NCBI GenBank assembly: GCA_951406725.2
Contig: OX597842.1
Coordinates: 6,820,001-6,884,000 of the forward strand
Reading direction: 5' to 3'
DNA: 64,000 bases
Origin: Octopus vulgaris
Lineage: Eukaryota
Numbering within the stretch: position 1 is the first letter of the stretch; the number at the start of each line of letters is the position of its first letter. The notes below the pieces were generated by a model. It was not told the origin of the DNA and did no database searches. It worked only from the letters and a program-made list of their open reading frames with translations. The position numbers were made by a program, and so were the translations under genes. Positions 27,899 through 40,179 of the stretch are shown here, piece after piece.

Positions 27899-28426
27899 CT
27901 AGCTTAAAAGCCACCCTATCGGGCAGCTTTTAAGCAACTGAACCCTGAATGAGAAGATCTGCAAACAAACCTCTGACTTGTTTTGGAGAATCTGTTGCAA
28001 TTGCTTCCTCCAGAGTCATATCCCCATGATGATCATATTTGTCTCAAAAAATAAAAACATGAAAAAATCGCCAAAAACAATTGCAGTAATGAAAACATAG
28101 GAATCCAAAATTTCAGGATTGCAGGTCCGGATTCAGCCCGGCATGTTTTTAATTTACTCACGGATTTGGCCTTTAGATTATAAAAATTGTTATTGTACAA
28201 AAACATTTGTGCCAAAAAGTCATGTAAAAATATTGCCGAAAACAATTGCAGTAATGAAAACATAGGAATCCAGAATTTCAGGATTGTGGGTCCAGATTCA
28301 GCCCAGAATGTTTTAATGTACTCACGGAGTCAGCCTGATTCCAAAATGGTATATGTTGGGCTACGACCTCTAAGAGTAAAGTTGAAGAAGTGTGACACAC
28401 TGACATTCACATTTATTATATTATAT
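27899..28426 (-). mobile_element. Non-autonomous Helitron-like element with internal ~170-bp tandem duplication
   Basis: CTAG end next to hairpin gcttaaaagc...gcttttaagc. The other end (ttattatattagat-like) is repeated at ~29051-29097. Confidence 0.55.
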
Positions 28427-28545
28427 TAAGGCTGAATTGTGAGTATGCCTGGTGAAATGCTTAGTGGTATTTCGTCTGCCACTATGTTCTGAGTTCAAAT
28501 TGCGCCGAGGTCGACTTTGCCTTTCATCTTTTCGGGGTCATTAAA

Positions 28546-28631
28546 TCATCTGATCACCAAAGTTAAGCAACGTTGAGCCTAGTAAGTACTTAGATGGGTG
28601 ACCGCTTGGGAAACCTAGGTGCTGTAAGCAT
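28546..28631 (+). pseudogene. 5'-truncated 5S rRNA copy
   Basis: tctgatcaccaaagttaagcaacgttgagcctagtaagtacttagatgggtgaccgcttgggaaacctaggtgctgtaagcat matches the 3' ~85 nt of molluscan-type 5S rRNA; A-rich tail follows. Confidence 0.9.
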
Positions 28632-28644
28632 AAAGAAAAAGGAA

Positions 28645-29040
28645 AGGCAAGCTGGCAGAAACGTTAGCGCACCGGGTGAAATGCTTAGCAGTATTTCGTC
28701 TGCCATTACATTCTGAGTTCAAATTCCTCCGAGGTTGACTATGCCTTTCATCCTTTCAGGGTCGATAAATTAAGTACTAGTTACGCACTGGAGTCAATGT
28801 AATCGACTTAATCCATTTGTCTGTCCTTGTCTGTCCTCTCTGTTTTTAGCCCCTTGTGGGTAGTAAAGAAATAGGTATTTCTTCTGCTGTTAGGCTTTGA
28901 GTTCGAATTCTGCCAATGTCGACTTTTGCCTTTCATCTTTTTCGGTAGATAAAATTAGTAGTAGTTACGTACTGGGGTCGATGTCAACAACTTAATCCCT
29001 TCCCCAAAAATTTGAAGCCTTGTGCTTCCAGTAGAAAGGA
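28645..29040 (+). mobile_element. SINE family B, partly dimeric (gagctggcagaaacgttagc head; gcctttcatcctttcggggtcgataaa core)
   Basis: Other copies at ~6107-6250, 22160-22340, 28430-28545, 48105-48557 and 58788-59022. Confidence 0.85.
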
Positions 29041-30044
29041 TTTACTCAAGGTGAGAAAGTGTGACACAATGACATTCCCATTTATTATATTAGATATGTT
29101 TAATTTTGGGGAAACTTTATTTCATTTAAATAGGTTTTTCATGTGTGTGTGTGTGTGTGCGTGCGTGTGTGTGTGTGTGTGTGTGCGTGCGTGTGTGTGT
29201 GTGTGTGTATTAAAGAAATAAATAAAGCAAAAATGACAGTGTTCAGTATGTTGGTGACAGGAACTTCCGTGGAAGAGACATGGTTAAACAAAGTTATATA
29301 TCATCTTCCTCTTTTTATCACACACCCACTCTTTCTCTCTTATTATTATTCCCACTGCCACCATCAACACTACTACTTTTAATAAAAACATTAACTCTCC
29401 CTAAATTTCTTTGTCTCTCTTTCTCTCCCTCTCCTCTCTCTCTCTCTCTCTCTTTCTCTCTCTGTTTGTCTTCACCACCACCTCACTGTTTCTATGCCTA
29501 CTATTACTCTCACCCTACCATGAGGAATAGTAGGAGTGTCATTGAATAGTCAAAGAGGGAGGTCTAAGTGTGATACACTGACACACAGAAATTAGTTTAT
29601 ATATACATACATATACACATACACACACACACACACATACACACACATATATATAGTTAGGTTAGGAATGTGGTATAAAGCTCGTTCACCTTCAGAATTA
29701 CCAAATACTATCAGTAGAATTAGTATATACTTCCAAGTTTAAATTTGAGCATTTGTCATGTGTGAATATAAATTTGAAGAAATTGGAGTCAAGAAGAAGG
29801 AGTATGGTTGGACATTTATTTATTATTTGCTACAATTGTCTTGAAGCAAAGTAGTTCTCCAAGAATACAAGTATTTGATTATGCAACTGTTTGCATAATG
29901 AGATCTAGTTGTGTTTCCTCAGGCAATATACGAATGATGTCTCTGTTAGTTTAAAATCGTTGACTTCAAGGCGTTCTCCTCTGTTCATCATGGTTTGAAT
30001 TTAGTAGTGGCTGATAGACCCATGGATGAAATCAGATAGAACTA

Positions 30045-30457
30045 ATTCTTTTGATATAAGAATGGGATCAAGCAACTCAGCTCAAGTATGGATATCGTTG
30101 GAATATACCTCTTGTTCCACATCAGATCTGAATTGCCACAAGTAATAGGTGGGGGGAGTCTATACAGGGACGATGCCCTTTTCCTAATAAAAAAACTGTA
30201 CTAAAGTAGAAATGAAAAGATATAGAAAAAACTCCATTGATTTACAAATTTCGGTCTTTCTATAACCATAGACTGTAATTACCATAAGGTAAACTTTAAC
30301 TTAGAAACAGGCCTGTACAAACCATACCACAAACTGAATGAGTGTCTAAGATACATAAATATATAGTCCAATCATCCACCATCCATAACCAAAGGAATAG
30401 TTAGGAACATAGCCACCAGAATATCATGACTATCAACCACAGAGCTAATATTCAACA
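30045..30457 (+). pseudogene. Penelope-like reverse transcriptase remnant
   Basis: FDIRMGS..AQV.DIVGIYLL, LYRDDAL, FGLSITID and YKPYHKLN..LRYIN..SNHPPSITKGI..IATRIS, with stops and frameshifts. Confidence 0.8.
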
Positions 30458-30648
30458 CAAATTCTTTTATTCTTTTACTTGTTTCAGTCATTTGACTGTG
30501 GCCACATGCTGGAGCACCGCCTTTAGTCGAACAAATCGCCCCCCCAACCCCAGGACTTATTCTATTGGTCTCTTTTGCCGAACCGCTAAGTTACGGAGAC
30601 GTAAACACACCAACATCGATTGTCAAGCGAAGGTGGGAGAACAAACAA

Positions 30649-30681
<33 letters not shown>

Positions 30682-30738
30682 CGATGGGCGTCTTTCAGTT
30701 TCCATCAACCATACATGTATATATGTATGTTTACATAA

Positions 30739-30784
<46 letters not shown>

Positions 30785-30791
<7 letters not shown>

Positions 30792-31813
30792 TGGCAGGGC
30801 TGGCCTGCTAGGTAGCCGGCCAGAATGCTAGAAGAAGATCATCAACGATCAAACTACAAGGGAAATTCTCTAGAGGAAGAATTCAGCGAACACCAGAACC
30901 AACTTTGGCGGGCAGGACATATGAAAAATTAAATAAAAAACAGACTTAAATGCATACCTCGGTTTCGGTCTTAACAAAAGAATTACTTGCATAATTCAAG
31001 TATCCGTGACTTCTTCAGTACATTCGGTCCTCGTGATGCAAACCGCAAGACTAACCCCAGCTCTCTGTGTCAAGACAGACACGTGCTTAGTCTTACTGAT
31101 TACATCGGGAATAAAATTTCAAATGTCTTGGTTCTGGCACGCTGAGAGACTCCTGAAGCGAAGGGCTGCAGTGAATAATTCACTGCTGATAGTGCTTACA
31201 ACTAGGGAACGTATTTATTTAAATATTTAAAAATTGAGGGAGATAAATTAATATTAAATTTTAATATCAATTTAAAACCAGTAGTCCAGCATTCAAAAAA
31301 TCTGAGGAGTCAGAGAAAATTCAAATATATGTGTATATTGGCAGGGCTGGCCTGCTAGGTAGCCGGCCAGAATGCTAGAAGAAGATCATCAACGATCAAA
31401 CTACAAGGGAAATTCTCTAGAGGAAGAATTCAGCGAACACCAGAACCAACTTTGGCGGGCAGGACATATGAAAAATTAAATAAAAAACAGACTTAAATGC
31501 ATGTAATTCTTTTGTTAAGACCGAAACCGAGGTATGCATTTAAGTCTGTTTTTTATTTAATTTTTCATATGTCCTGCCCGCCAAAGTTGGTTCTGGTGTT
31601 CGCTGAATTCTTCCTCTAGAGAATTTCCCTTGTAGTTTGATCGTTGATGATCTTCTTCTAGCATTCTGGCCGGCTACCTAGCAGGCCAGCCCTGCCAATA
31701 TACACATATATTTGAATTTTCTCTGACTCCTCAGATTTTTTGAATGCTGGACTACTGGTTTTAAATTGATATTAAAATTTAATATTAATTTATCTCCCTC
31801 AATTTTTAAATAT
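30785..31813 (-). mobile_element. Young non-coding retrozyme-like element: 547-nt monomer plus partial direct repeat plus 280-bp perfect inverted arm, inserted in (TA)n
   Basis: 30785-30955 is repeated at 31332-31502 (period 547). 31223-31502 is the exact reverse complement of 31534-31813. Confidence 0.9.
30949..31024 (-). ncRNA. Type I hammerhead ribozyme
   Basis: aatgta-CTGAAGA-agtc(...)gacc-GAAAC-cgag-GTA/tgcatt. Predicted cleavage between 30955 and 30954. Confidence 0.85.
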
Positions 31814-32778
31814 ATATATATATATATATATAAATGGAACAAAAACGCAATAGAGGACAATAAAACATTCAGACAGATAGACAATACGAAGGCGGACAGG
31901 AGAAACAACAATTAGAAAGACAGGGCAAAAAGGACGGGTCATTCATGGCCTTCTTTCTTCAGTCAAGTTACCATATATATATCTGGTGAAGTTAGATATA
32001 TGATTAGCACCCAGATACCTAATCAAGTTATATAAGAAGCTGTCAAATTTGGATTTGGCTGATATAGCAGTATTATCACAAAAATTACTACATAGGCAAA
32101 AGAGTTGCCTTAGAGAAGATTATGAAGGTTATGGAAAGAGCCTTAGCATTACTGATCTGTGACAGAGTGGCCCTTGTTGGCTCTGTGCCCAAAAGAGGCA
32201 GCACAAAAGTAATCTTCCTGGTGAGTAACTGCAGGAGAAACAATTAGCAAAGAGTAAATCCCTGTTCCTGGCACTGACTTACTACCTTTTCATCTTTTAC
32301 TTGTTTCAGTCATCAGTCTGTGGCCATGCTGGGGCACCATTTTGAAGAATTTTTAGTAAAATTAATTGATCCCCGAACTGACTTTTTTTCCTAAGCCTGG
32401 TATTTATTCTATCAGGCTCTTTTGCAGAACAGCTAAGTTATGGGGACATAAACACACCAACACCAGCTGTCAAGCAGTGGTGGGGACAAACACAGACACA
32501 AAGACACATAGATATATATACAACAGGCTTCTTTCAGTTTCTGTTTGCAAAATTCATTCACAAGGCTTTGGTTGGCCTAAGACTATCATAGAAGACGCTT
32601 GCTCAAGGTGCCATGCTGTGGGGCTGAACCTGAAACTATGTGGTTAGGAAACAAGCTTCTTACTGCACAGTATTGCACCCACAATTGCAAGATTGTGGTT
32701 CCAATTATGAACCAAGTGGTGCATTGAGTTCTTGAGCAAAACACTTCACCTCACATTTCTTTGCAATCACTTTGACAT

Positions 32779-33205
32779 ACTCTTTACTCTTTTTTACTCT
32801 TTTTACTTGTTTTAGTCATTTGACTGTGGCCATGCTGGAGCACCGCCTTTAGTCAAGAAAATTGACCTTGGGACTTATTTTTTGTAAGCCCAGTACTTAT
32901 TCTATCGGTCTCTTTTGCCGAACCGCTAAGTGACAGGGACGTAAACACACCAGCATTGGTTGTCAAGCAATGCTAGAGGGACAAACACAGACACACAAAC
33001 ACACACACACACACATACATATATATCTATATACATATATACGACAGGCTTCTTTCAGTTTCCATCTACCAAATCCACTCACAAGGCTTTGGTTGGTCTG
33101 AGGCTATAGTAGAAGACACTTGCACAAGGTGCCATGCAGTGGGACTGAACCCGGAACCATGTGGTTGGTTAGCAAGCTACTTACCACACAGCCACTCCTG
33201 CGCCT
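32779..33205 (-). mobile_element. SINE family A
   Basis: Full-length copy. An older diverged copy lies at ~32287-32680 and a truncated one at ~30466-30705. Confidence 0.9.
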
Positions 33206-33330
33206 ATTTGATCACTATAAACAAACTATTTGTGCTGGTTGTTCGGCAAAGACTGAACACTCATACATCATCTTTGATGGAAGAGTCCATCATACATACC
33301 TACACACATACACACACACACATATATATA

Positions 33331-33563
33331 CAGGGTGGCCCAAAAGTAAGTTTACAGTTATTCGACTATTTCTTTTGCATTCATATATTAATAGTTTAGA
33401 TCTTAATTATGAAAAAATATGAAACCATTATTCTATGCTAATTATGTTAATTTTGTCAAGCTCCCTTTTCAGTTTGTAACTGAAATTTAAATGTAATAAA
33501 ATATTTCTAAAGAAATTTAAAATGCACACACGATAACTGTAAACCTACTCTTGGGTCACCTTG
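33331..33563. mobile_element. Tc1/mariner MITE
   Basis: Imperfect ~30-bp TIRs CAGGGTGGCCCAAAAGTAAGTTTACAGTTA with TA TSD. Confidence 0.85.
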
Positions 33564-33571
33564 TAAGTATG

Positions 33572-33600
<29 letters not shown>

Positions 33601-33611
<11 letters not shown>

Positions 33612-33929
33612 GAAATAAGGTACTCAGAAATCTGGATGGTTTTATATTTACAGATATTTATTAATATGTCACATGTTTTTATAAATCATATATTAGCGCT
33701 TGCATCCACTCTAGTGGAGTCTTCAGATTGAACTTTTTCAGGAGATTTGTCTCTTTTTATAGTATTATTGAGTGTGTAGGGGTGGAGAGAGATATAAGAT
33801 AGCGCTAATATGATTTGTAAAAACATGTGAGATATTACTAAATATCTGTAAACATATATATAAAACCATCCAGATTTCTGAGTACCTTATTTCTTCTAAT
33901 ATATAATACTTGTACATCATCTCCAAACC

Positions 33930-33933
<4 letters not shown>
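33601..33933. mobile_element. Foldback element in (TA)n with variant hammerhead-like core
   Basis: ~95-bp inverted arms. Minus strand CTGAAGA-ctccact-ag-agtggat-GCAA-gcgc-TA. A fragment of the same family is at ~17245-17315. Confidence 0.7.
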
Positions 33934-33964
<31 letters not shown>

Positions 33965-33966
<2 letters not shown>

Positions 33967-34157
33967 CCCTGGCGATTTTTTTCCTCTGTCTTCCCTTCTC
34001 GGGATCTTTCCTTCTCCTATGTTTCCGACGAAGAGCTCCGCTCGAAACGTTAAACCCTCCTTCTTCCCTTCTTTCCTGAGCGTCCAATAATACTTTATTT
34101 GTTCCATGTCCTCGCGTTGTCGTGTTTTTTTGTTTTCTTGTGTTTTCTTGTTTGGAT

Positions 34158-34162
<5 letters not shown>
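33965..34162 (+). mobile_element. Family H1 hammerhead element
   Basis: gttt-CCGACGA-a-gagc-tcc-gctc-GAAAC-GTT-aaac at 34021-34055. Confidence 0.8.
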
Positions 34163-34224
<62 letters not shown>

Positions 34225-34820
34225 GTTTAAATATTTGTTGTGCAAGATTTTTTATGTGAAGTCGTATGTTGAAACAGATATTGTTGTATTTAGGAATGGT
34301 CATTTTGCCAGTTTAGCCACTAAAAACACACGAACTATATATTTGGTGTTACTTTGCTTCAGTGTTATTTATTTTTTACATTAATCTTAATCTTATTTGG
34401 GCCAGAGTTCTTTCGTCACACTCCTGTGACCGGATCAGTGGTCCTTTGTTTTCTTCTCCCTTATTTGTGTCTCTCCTTACTAACCGTCAGCCATTTTGTA
34501 TTTCTATTGTATGTCTTCATTTGCGCATGCTTATATCTCTATGTGTGTTTATGTTTATTTAGTGTGTGTATGTGGGGGGATGCCTGTAATATTTGTATCT
34601 TCTGTTTATATATGTTCATGTAATTTGTATTTTGTATTTTGTTTTTTGTTTTTTGTTTTTTGTTTTTGTTGTTTTTGTTTATTCTTATTTTGTTCATGTG
34701 TTTACATCCACCCATTATTATCATTACATATGCTTGTATGTATGTATGTATGTATGTATAACAACAATACTAGTAATAATAATAATAAATTGAATCGAAA
34801 AAAAAATATATATATATACC

Positions 34821-34851
<31 letters not shown>

Positions 34852-34924
34852 ATATATAGTTATTTATTTCTATTAGTTTATTTATTTATCTGTGTATTTA
34901 TTATGTTTTCAGGATCCTCTACCG

Positions 34925-35983
34925 TCATATGTTGTGGTGTGTGCTATTGCTCCATTCTAGTTTTCTATTCAGGCTAGGTTTATTTTCTATTATGTGTGTA
35001 GCTTCTGTAATTTGTCTAATTGTTGCATCTGATCTATGTGTGGATAATATTTTAATTTCTATGTTGTTGATTGATCCCCCGTGTTCCTGTTCGGCATGTT
35101 GGTACAGAATCGATGAGCTTTTACCTTCCTTGAGTTGTCTCCAATGCTCATTTACCCGCTCTCCTATGCTTCTTGCCATTTCCCCTACGTATGTCATTGT
35201 CTTGTTACTGCATCGTCCCTCTATACATCTTATACTATAGACTACATTTCTGGCTTTACAGTTTGTTTGTGGGCTAAATCTACATACAGTACAGTACTTA
35301 TCCGTACAGGGGGTTCTACTAAAAGGATAGGTTCTACCAATTATAGATTTGATAGGGTTGCCTGGCTTTTCAACAACCTTAATTCTTAGCTTAAGTTTGT
35401 CTAGGGTCCTTCTAAAACGATACGCCAGTTCACCTCCAGGGGTAGTGTCAACGAACATGACACTCTGGTATTTATGGCTATCATACCAAGAGTTGGCCTT
35501 CCTTATTTTCTTTTTTGTCCTTTCTATAGTGTTCCATGACTTGTTCCTATAGAGTGGGCAAATACCATTCCTATCATTACATAATATATTATCAAATTTC
35601 TTAATGGCTCCTTTGTATACTCTGATCCTTTCTTTATGGCTGTAACCTGAGAACTGCATGCGGTGAATGAAATACTGTATGTATCTCTTTAATTCTGTAG
35701 GCTCGCACATGCGGGACACATTTCTCATTATTCTGACGAGGTCTGCCATCAAAATATTGAATTTGGCATTGTCCGCAATGGCTGAGTTCCGGTGGATCAA
35801 GTATTTTGAGGCCATAGGTTTGACATAGTATGAATGAAGGATTTGGGTTTTATTATTCACAATTTCTAGCCAGAGTTCGGTGTCTAGTACTAGTAGTCTA
35901 TGGCTGGGGTGTTTAGTGGGGTAGTCTATTGTGACCTTAATACTCTGGTGGATGGAGTTAGCTATTTGCTGGATGCTCTCCAT
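34925..35983 (-). CDS. Penelope RT thumb plus GIY-YIG endonuclease (3' part of a frameshifted ORF)
   Basis: LDTELW, YVKP, a Cys-rich linker (CTDKYCTVC..C), NVVYSIRC...YVGE.ARSIGERV.EH and EA..I...PSLN. Confidence 0.92.
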   Translation of the reverse strand: MESIQQIANSIHQSIKVTIDYPTKHPSHRLLVLDTELWLEIVNNKTQILHSYYVKPMASKYLIHRNSAIADNAKFNILMADLVRIMRNVSRMCEPTELKRYIQYFIHRMQFSGYSHKERIRVYKGAIKKFDNILCNDRNGICPLYRNKSWNTIERTKKKIRKANSWYDSHKYQSVMFVDTTPGGELAYRFRRTLDKLKLRIKVVEKPGNPIKSIIGRTYPFSRTPCTDKYCTVCRFSPQTNCKARNVVYSIRCIEGRCSNKTMTYVGEMARSIGERVNEHWRQLKEGKSSSILYQHAEQEHGGSINNIEIKILSTHRSDATIRQITEATHIIENKPSLNRKLEWSNSTHHNI

Positions 35984-35987
35984 AGTA

Positions 35988-36547
35988 TTAAGTTTCTATT
36001 ACTATATCAACATTACTCTCTTGTGGGGGTGCCTTTACCACTATGTTGATATCATCAACATAGCGAGAGTACATGTTTACGAGTATGGAGTTCTGTGTTA
36101 GGCGTTCTTTAAGCCTTCTGTCCCACCATACCATGAAAAGGTTGGCCACATCACCAGCGATACTAACGCCGATGGCTGCCCCCTCGTCCTGGGCATATAT
36201 TTTATTATTAAACTTAAACGTGTGGCCTTTTAGGGTAATTCTTATACTAGCTCCTAGTGCATGTGCGATCATTTCCTTTATCTGATGGACATTTGCGGGG
36301 CTCCGTATGGCTCTGGTCCATCCACGCCATCTTTCTATATGTTTCTTCCTAGCCATAGAAGTAATTGTGGGCGGTCTACCTCTTAAACATCTATTGGGGC
36401 AGAAACTACTAAGATTATGTTTATCTAAGTATTCAGTATTACATGTCAGTCTAAGTAGGAGGCCCAGTTCTTCTGTGTTGACATTACAGAACTCCACCTG
36501 GCTCTCATTGATCATCTCCACGCACTTCTCCACTGCAAAATCTACGT
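35988..36547 (-). pseudogene. Penelope reverse transcriptase core (5'-truncated)
   Basis: FKFNNKIYAQDEGAAIGVSIAGDVANLFM and YSRYVDDI. One frameshift separates it from the downstream ORF. The first ~58 aa of the listed ORF are read from the inverted repeat. Confidence 0.92.
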
Positions 36548-36794
36548 ATGCGCAAATGAAGACATACAATAGAAATACAAAATGGCTGACGGTTAGTAAG
36601 GAGAGACACACATAAGTAAGAAGAAAACAAAGGACCACTGATGCGGTCACAGGAGTGTGACGAAAGAACTCTGGCCGAAATAAGATTAAGATTAATGTAA
36701 AAAATAAATAACACTGAAGCAAAATAACACTAAATATATAGTGCGTGTGTTTTTATTGGCTAAACTGGCAAAATGACCATTCCTAAATACAACA

Positions 36795-36827
<33 letters not shown>

Positions 36828-36960
36828 GATAGATAGATAGATAGATAGATAGAAGGATAGATAAATAGATATAGATATAGATATATACATATATATATAT
36901 ATATATAGATAGATAGATAGATAGATAGATAGAAGGATAGATAAATAGATATAGATATAG

Positions 36961-37009
<49 letters not shown>

Positions 37010-37643
37010 TATATATACACATATATATATATGTATGTACGTATACGATGGGCTTCTTTCAGTTTCTGCCTATCGTATCCTCTCACAAGACTTTGGCCAA
37101 CCCAAGGACATAGTAGAGGATACTTGCCCAAAGAGCCATGTAATGGAACAGAACCCAGAACCATGTGGTTGGGAAGCAAACATCTTACCATACAGTCATG
37201 TCTGCACCTTGTGTAGTGAGACCTAGAATCAAACCGCAAATATTCAGAAGTCAGGTCCATACCTTGCATAGATCACATTGAAATCATGCAGTCTATCCTG
37301 ATTATCAACCAATCAGTTTGCAGCAATATCATGCCATATCATGAATACCATCTGAAATGTCTTTGAAGTTTCCATGTTTTTCAGTGTTTAGCAATCTGGT
37401 CCTGAAACCTCAGAATATTGAGAAGCTTCTTTTCCACTTCTCCCTTAGTCAAACTGGTCACCTAGTTTCTCTTATAGCTACCTGGTATAGCTCTTCAGTT
37501 TCTTACTACATAGCTACACTCACACCTATTAGTAGGGTGTGGTTATAAGAAACAAATGGTTTCGCAATAAGTTGCCATTATTACTCAAATTACAATCAAA
37601 TAATTGCAAATACATTGACAACATTTTAACATACATACATACA

Positions 37644-38043
37644 TAGGTGTAGGAGTGGCTGTGTGGTAAGTAGCTTGTTTACCAACCACATGGTTACAGG
37701 TTCAGTCCCTCTGCGTGGCACTTTGGGCAAGTGTCTTCTACTATAGCTTCAAGCAGACCAAAGCCTTGTGAGTGGATTTGGTAGACGAAAACTGAAAGAA
37801 GCCTGTCGTATGTATATGTGTGTGTGTGTGTTTGTGTGTCTGTGTTTGTCCCCCACCATCGCTTGACAACTGATGTTAGTGTGTTTACGTCCCCGTAACT
37901 TAGCGGTTCAGCAAAAAGAGACTGGTAGAATAAGTACTAGGCTTACAAAGAATAAGTCCTGGGGGTCGATTTGCTCAACTGAAGGCAGTGCTCCAGCATG
38001 GCCACAGTCAAATGACTGAAACAAGTAAAAGAGTAAAAGAGTG
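37644..38043 (+). mobile_element. SINE family A
   Basis: Full-length copy. Confidence 0.9.
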
Positions 38044-38584
38044 AAGAGCCTTCATGTGTGTGTATGTGTGTGCATGTGCACACATATTTGAATGTGTGTG
38101 TGTGTGTGAGAGCGAGTGAGAGAGAGAGAGAGAGAGCGACAGACAGACAGACAGGTCAGCAGTGATTTTGATATATCACTGTGCACTGATTTTCTTTAGC
38201 TTTAGGCACTGTTTATAGGCAGGAGTTCAAATTTTTCCCTGTTTTCATGTTTATTTCATGCACGTTTATACAGGTGTGTGTGTATGAGTGTGTGTGTGTG
38301 TGTTTATGTATACATATGCATACACACACATAGATAAGTTACAAATGAAAGAAAAAGAAAGCACTCGACAACAAAGCATAGAGGTTAAATATTTGTAGGA
38401 ACATTTTACACGGATTTACGTAGCCAAAAGTTTCACAGACGTAGAAAGCTTTTTTGCGTCTGGAAAACTTCACTAAAGTACACACACATATATATGCATG
38501 TGTATGTGTATGTACATAAATATATATATATATATATATACACACACTCATCTATGTATCTATATTTATATATATTCTTTCTTT

Positions 38585-39161
38585 TCTTTTTATTCTTTTA
38601 CTTGTTTCAGTCATTCGACTGCGGCCATGCTGGAGCACCGCTTTTAGTCGAGGAAATAAACCCCGGGACTTATTCTTTGTAAGCCTCGTACTTATTCTAT
38701 CGGTCTCTTTTGCTGAACTGCTAAGTTATGGGGACGTAAACACCCCAGCATTGGTTGTCAAGCAATGTTGGGGGGACAAACACAGACACACAGACGCACA
38801 CACACACACATATATATACATATATACGACGGGCTTCTTTCAGTTTCCGTCTACCAAATCCACTCACAAGACATTGGTGAGACTGCAGCTATAGTAGAAG
38901 ACACTTGCCCAAATTGCCATGCAGTGAGACTGAACCCGGAACTATGTGGTTGGTAAGCAAGCATATATGTGTATGTCTGTGTTTGTCCCCCCAACATCGC
39001 TTGACAACTGATGCTGGTGTGTTTACGTCCCTGTAACTTAGCAGTTCGGCAAAAGAGACCAATAGAATAAGTACTAGGCTTACAAATAATAAGTCCTGGG
39101 GTCGATTTGCTCAACTAAAGGCGGTGCTCCAGCATGAAACAAGTAAAAGAGTAAAAGAGTA
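38585..39161. mobile_element. Head-to-head pair of 5'-truncated SINE A copies
   Basis: Minus copy 38585-38961 is joined directly to plus copy 38962-39161. Confidence 0.85.
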
Positions 39162-40094
39162 TATGTTGAAACAATAGACACACACACACAACAAACATAC
39201 AAACACATATATGTATACAAATCTAAATATATTCTTTATGTGCATGTGTGTGTGTATCTTCTGTTCTTTACTTGTTTCAGTCATTTGACTGTAACCATCC
39301 TGGGGCAGTGCCTTGGAAAAGCTTGAGTCAAGGGAACATTATTTTTTCGTGTAAGCCTGGTACTTATTGTATTGGTCTTTTTTGCTGAACCACGAAGTTA
39401 TAGGGTTGTAATCACACAAAATCAGTTGTCGTGCAGGGGTAGGCACAAACGCAAAGACACCCACACACACAAAAGGTTTCTTTTAGTTTCCATCAACCAA
39501 ACCCATCCACAAGACTTTGGCCAGACGAAGACTATTGTAGAAGACAGTTACCGAAGATGCTATGCAATGGGATTGAACCCAGCACCATATGGTTAGGAAA
39601 TGAGCTTCTTACCACATGGCCGTATGATTCCCAGTGCAGACATTGCGTTGATTTCTTGAGTGAAACAATTTATTTTATGTTACTTGATATCTGATGTGTG
39701 GCACACCTATGCACACCTGTACAGGTAATGTCAATTTGGTGAAGAGAGTGTGCTTATGTGAGCATAAATATTTGATCACTATAAACAAATCACCAGTATA
39801 GTTGATCAATAAGGATTTGCAGAACCCTCATACATCGTTTAATGACAGGAGAGTCCATGATGTATGTATACATATATATACATATATACATATATACATA
39901 CATATATATATTTGGTTAATGATCACAAGGTCATGAGTTCAATTCCTGTTAATGTGTTGTACCCTTGAGCAAGACACTTTACTTCACATTGCTCCAGTCC
40001 ACTCAGCTGGCAAAAATGAGCTGTACCTGTATTTCAAAGGGTCAGCCTTGTCACATCCTGTATACATATGTATATACATACATATGTATGTATG

Positions 40095-40177
<83 letters not shown>

Positions 40178-40179
40178 GT

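Larger units (their letters stand above)
34224..36798 (-). mobile_element. 5'-truncated Penelope-like retroelement with 251-bp inverted terminal repeats, inserted in (TA)n
   Basis: Arms at 34278-34528 and 36548-36798, with RT and GIY-YIG coding sequence between them. Confidence 0.95.

Noticed and set aside
36548-36722. Hydrophobic N-terminus on the RT ORF suggesting a membrane-anchored RT
   Set aside because: It is the inverted terminal repeat read in frame by chance; the same peptide appears in the ORF at 34354 on the plus strand.
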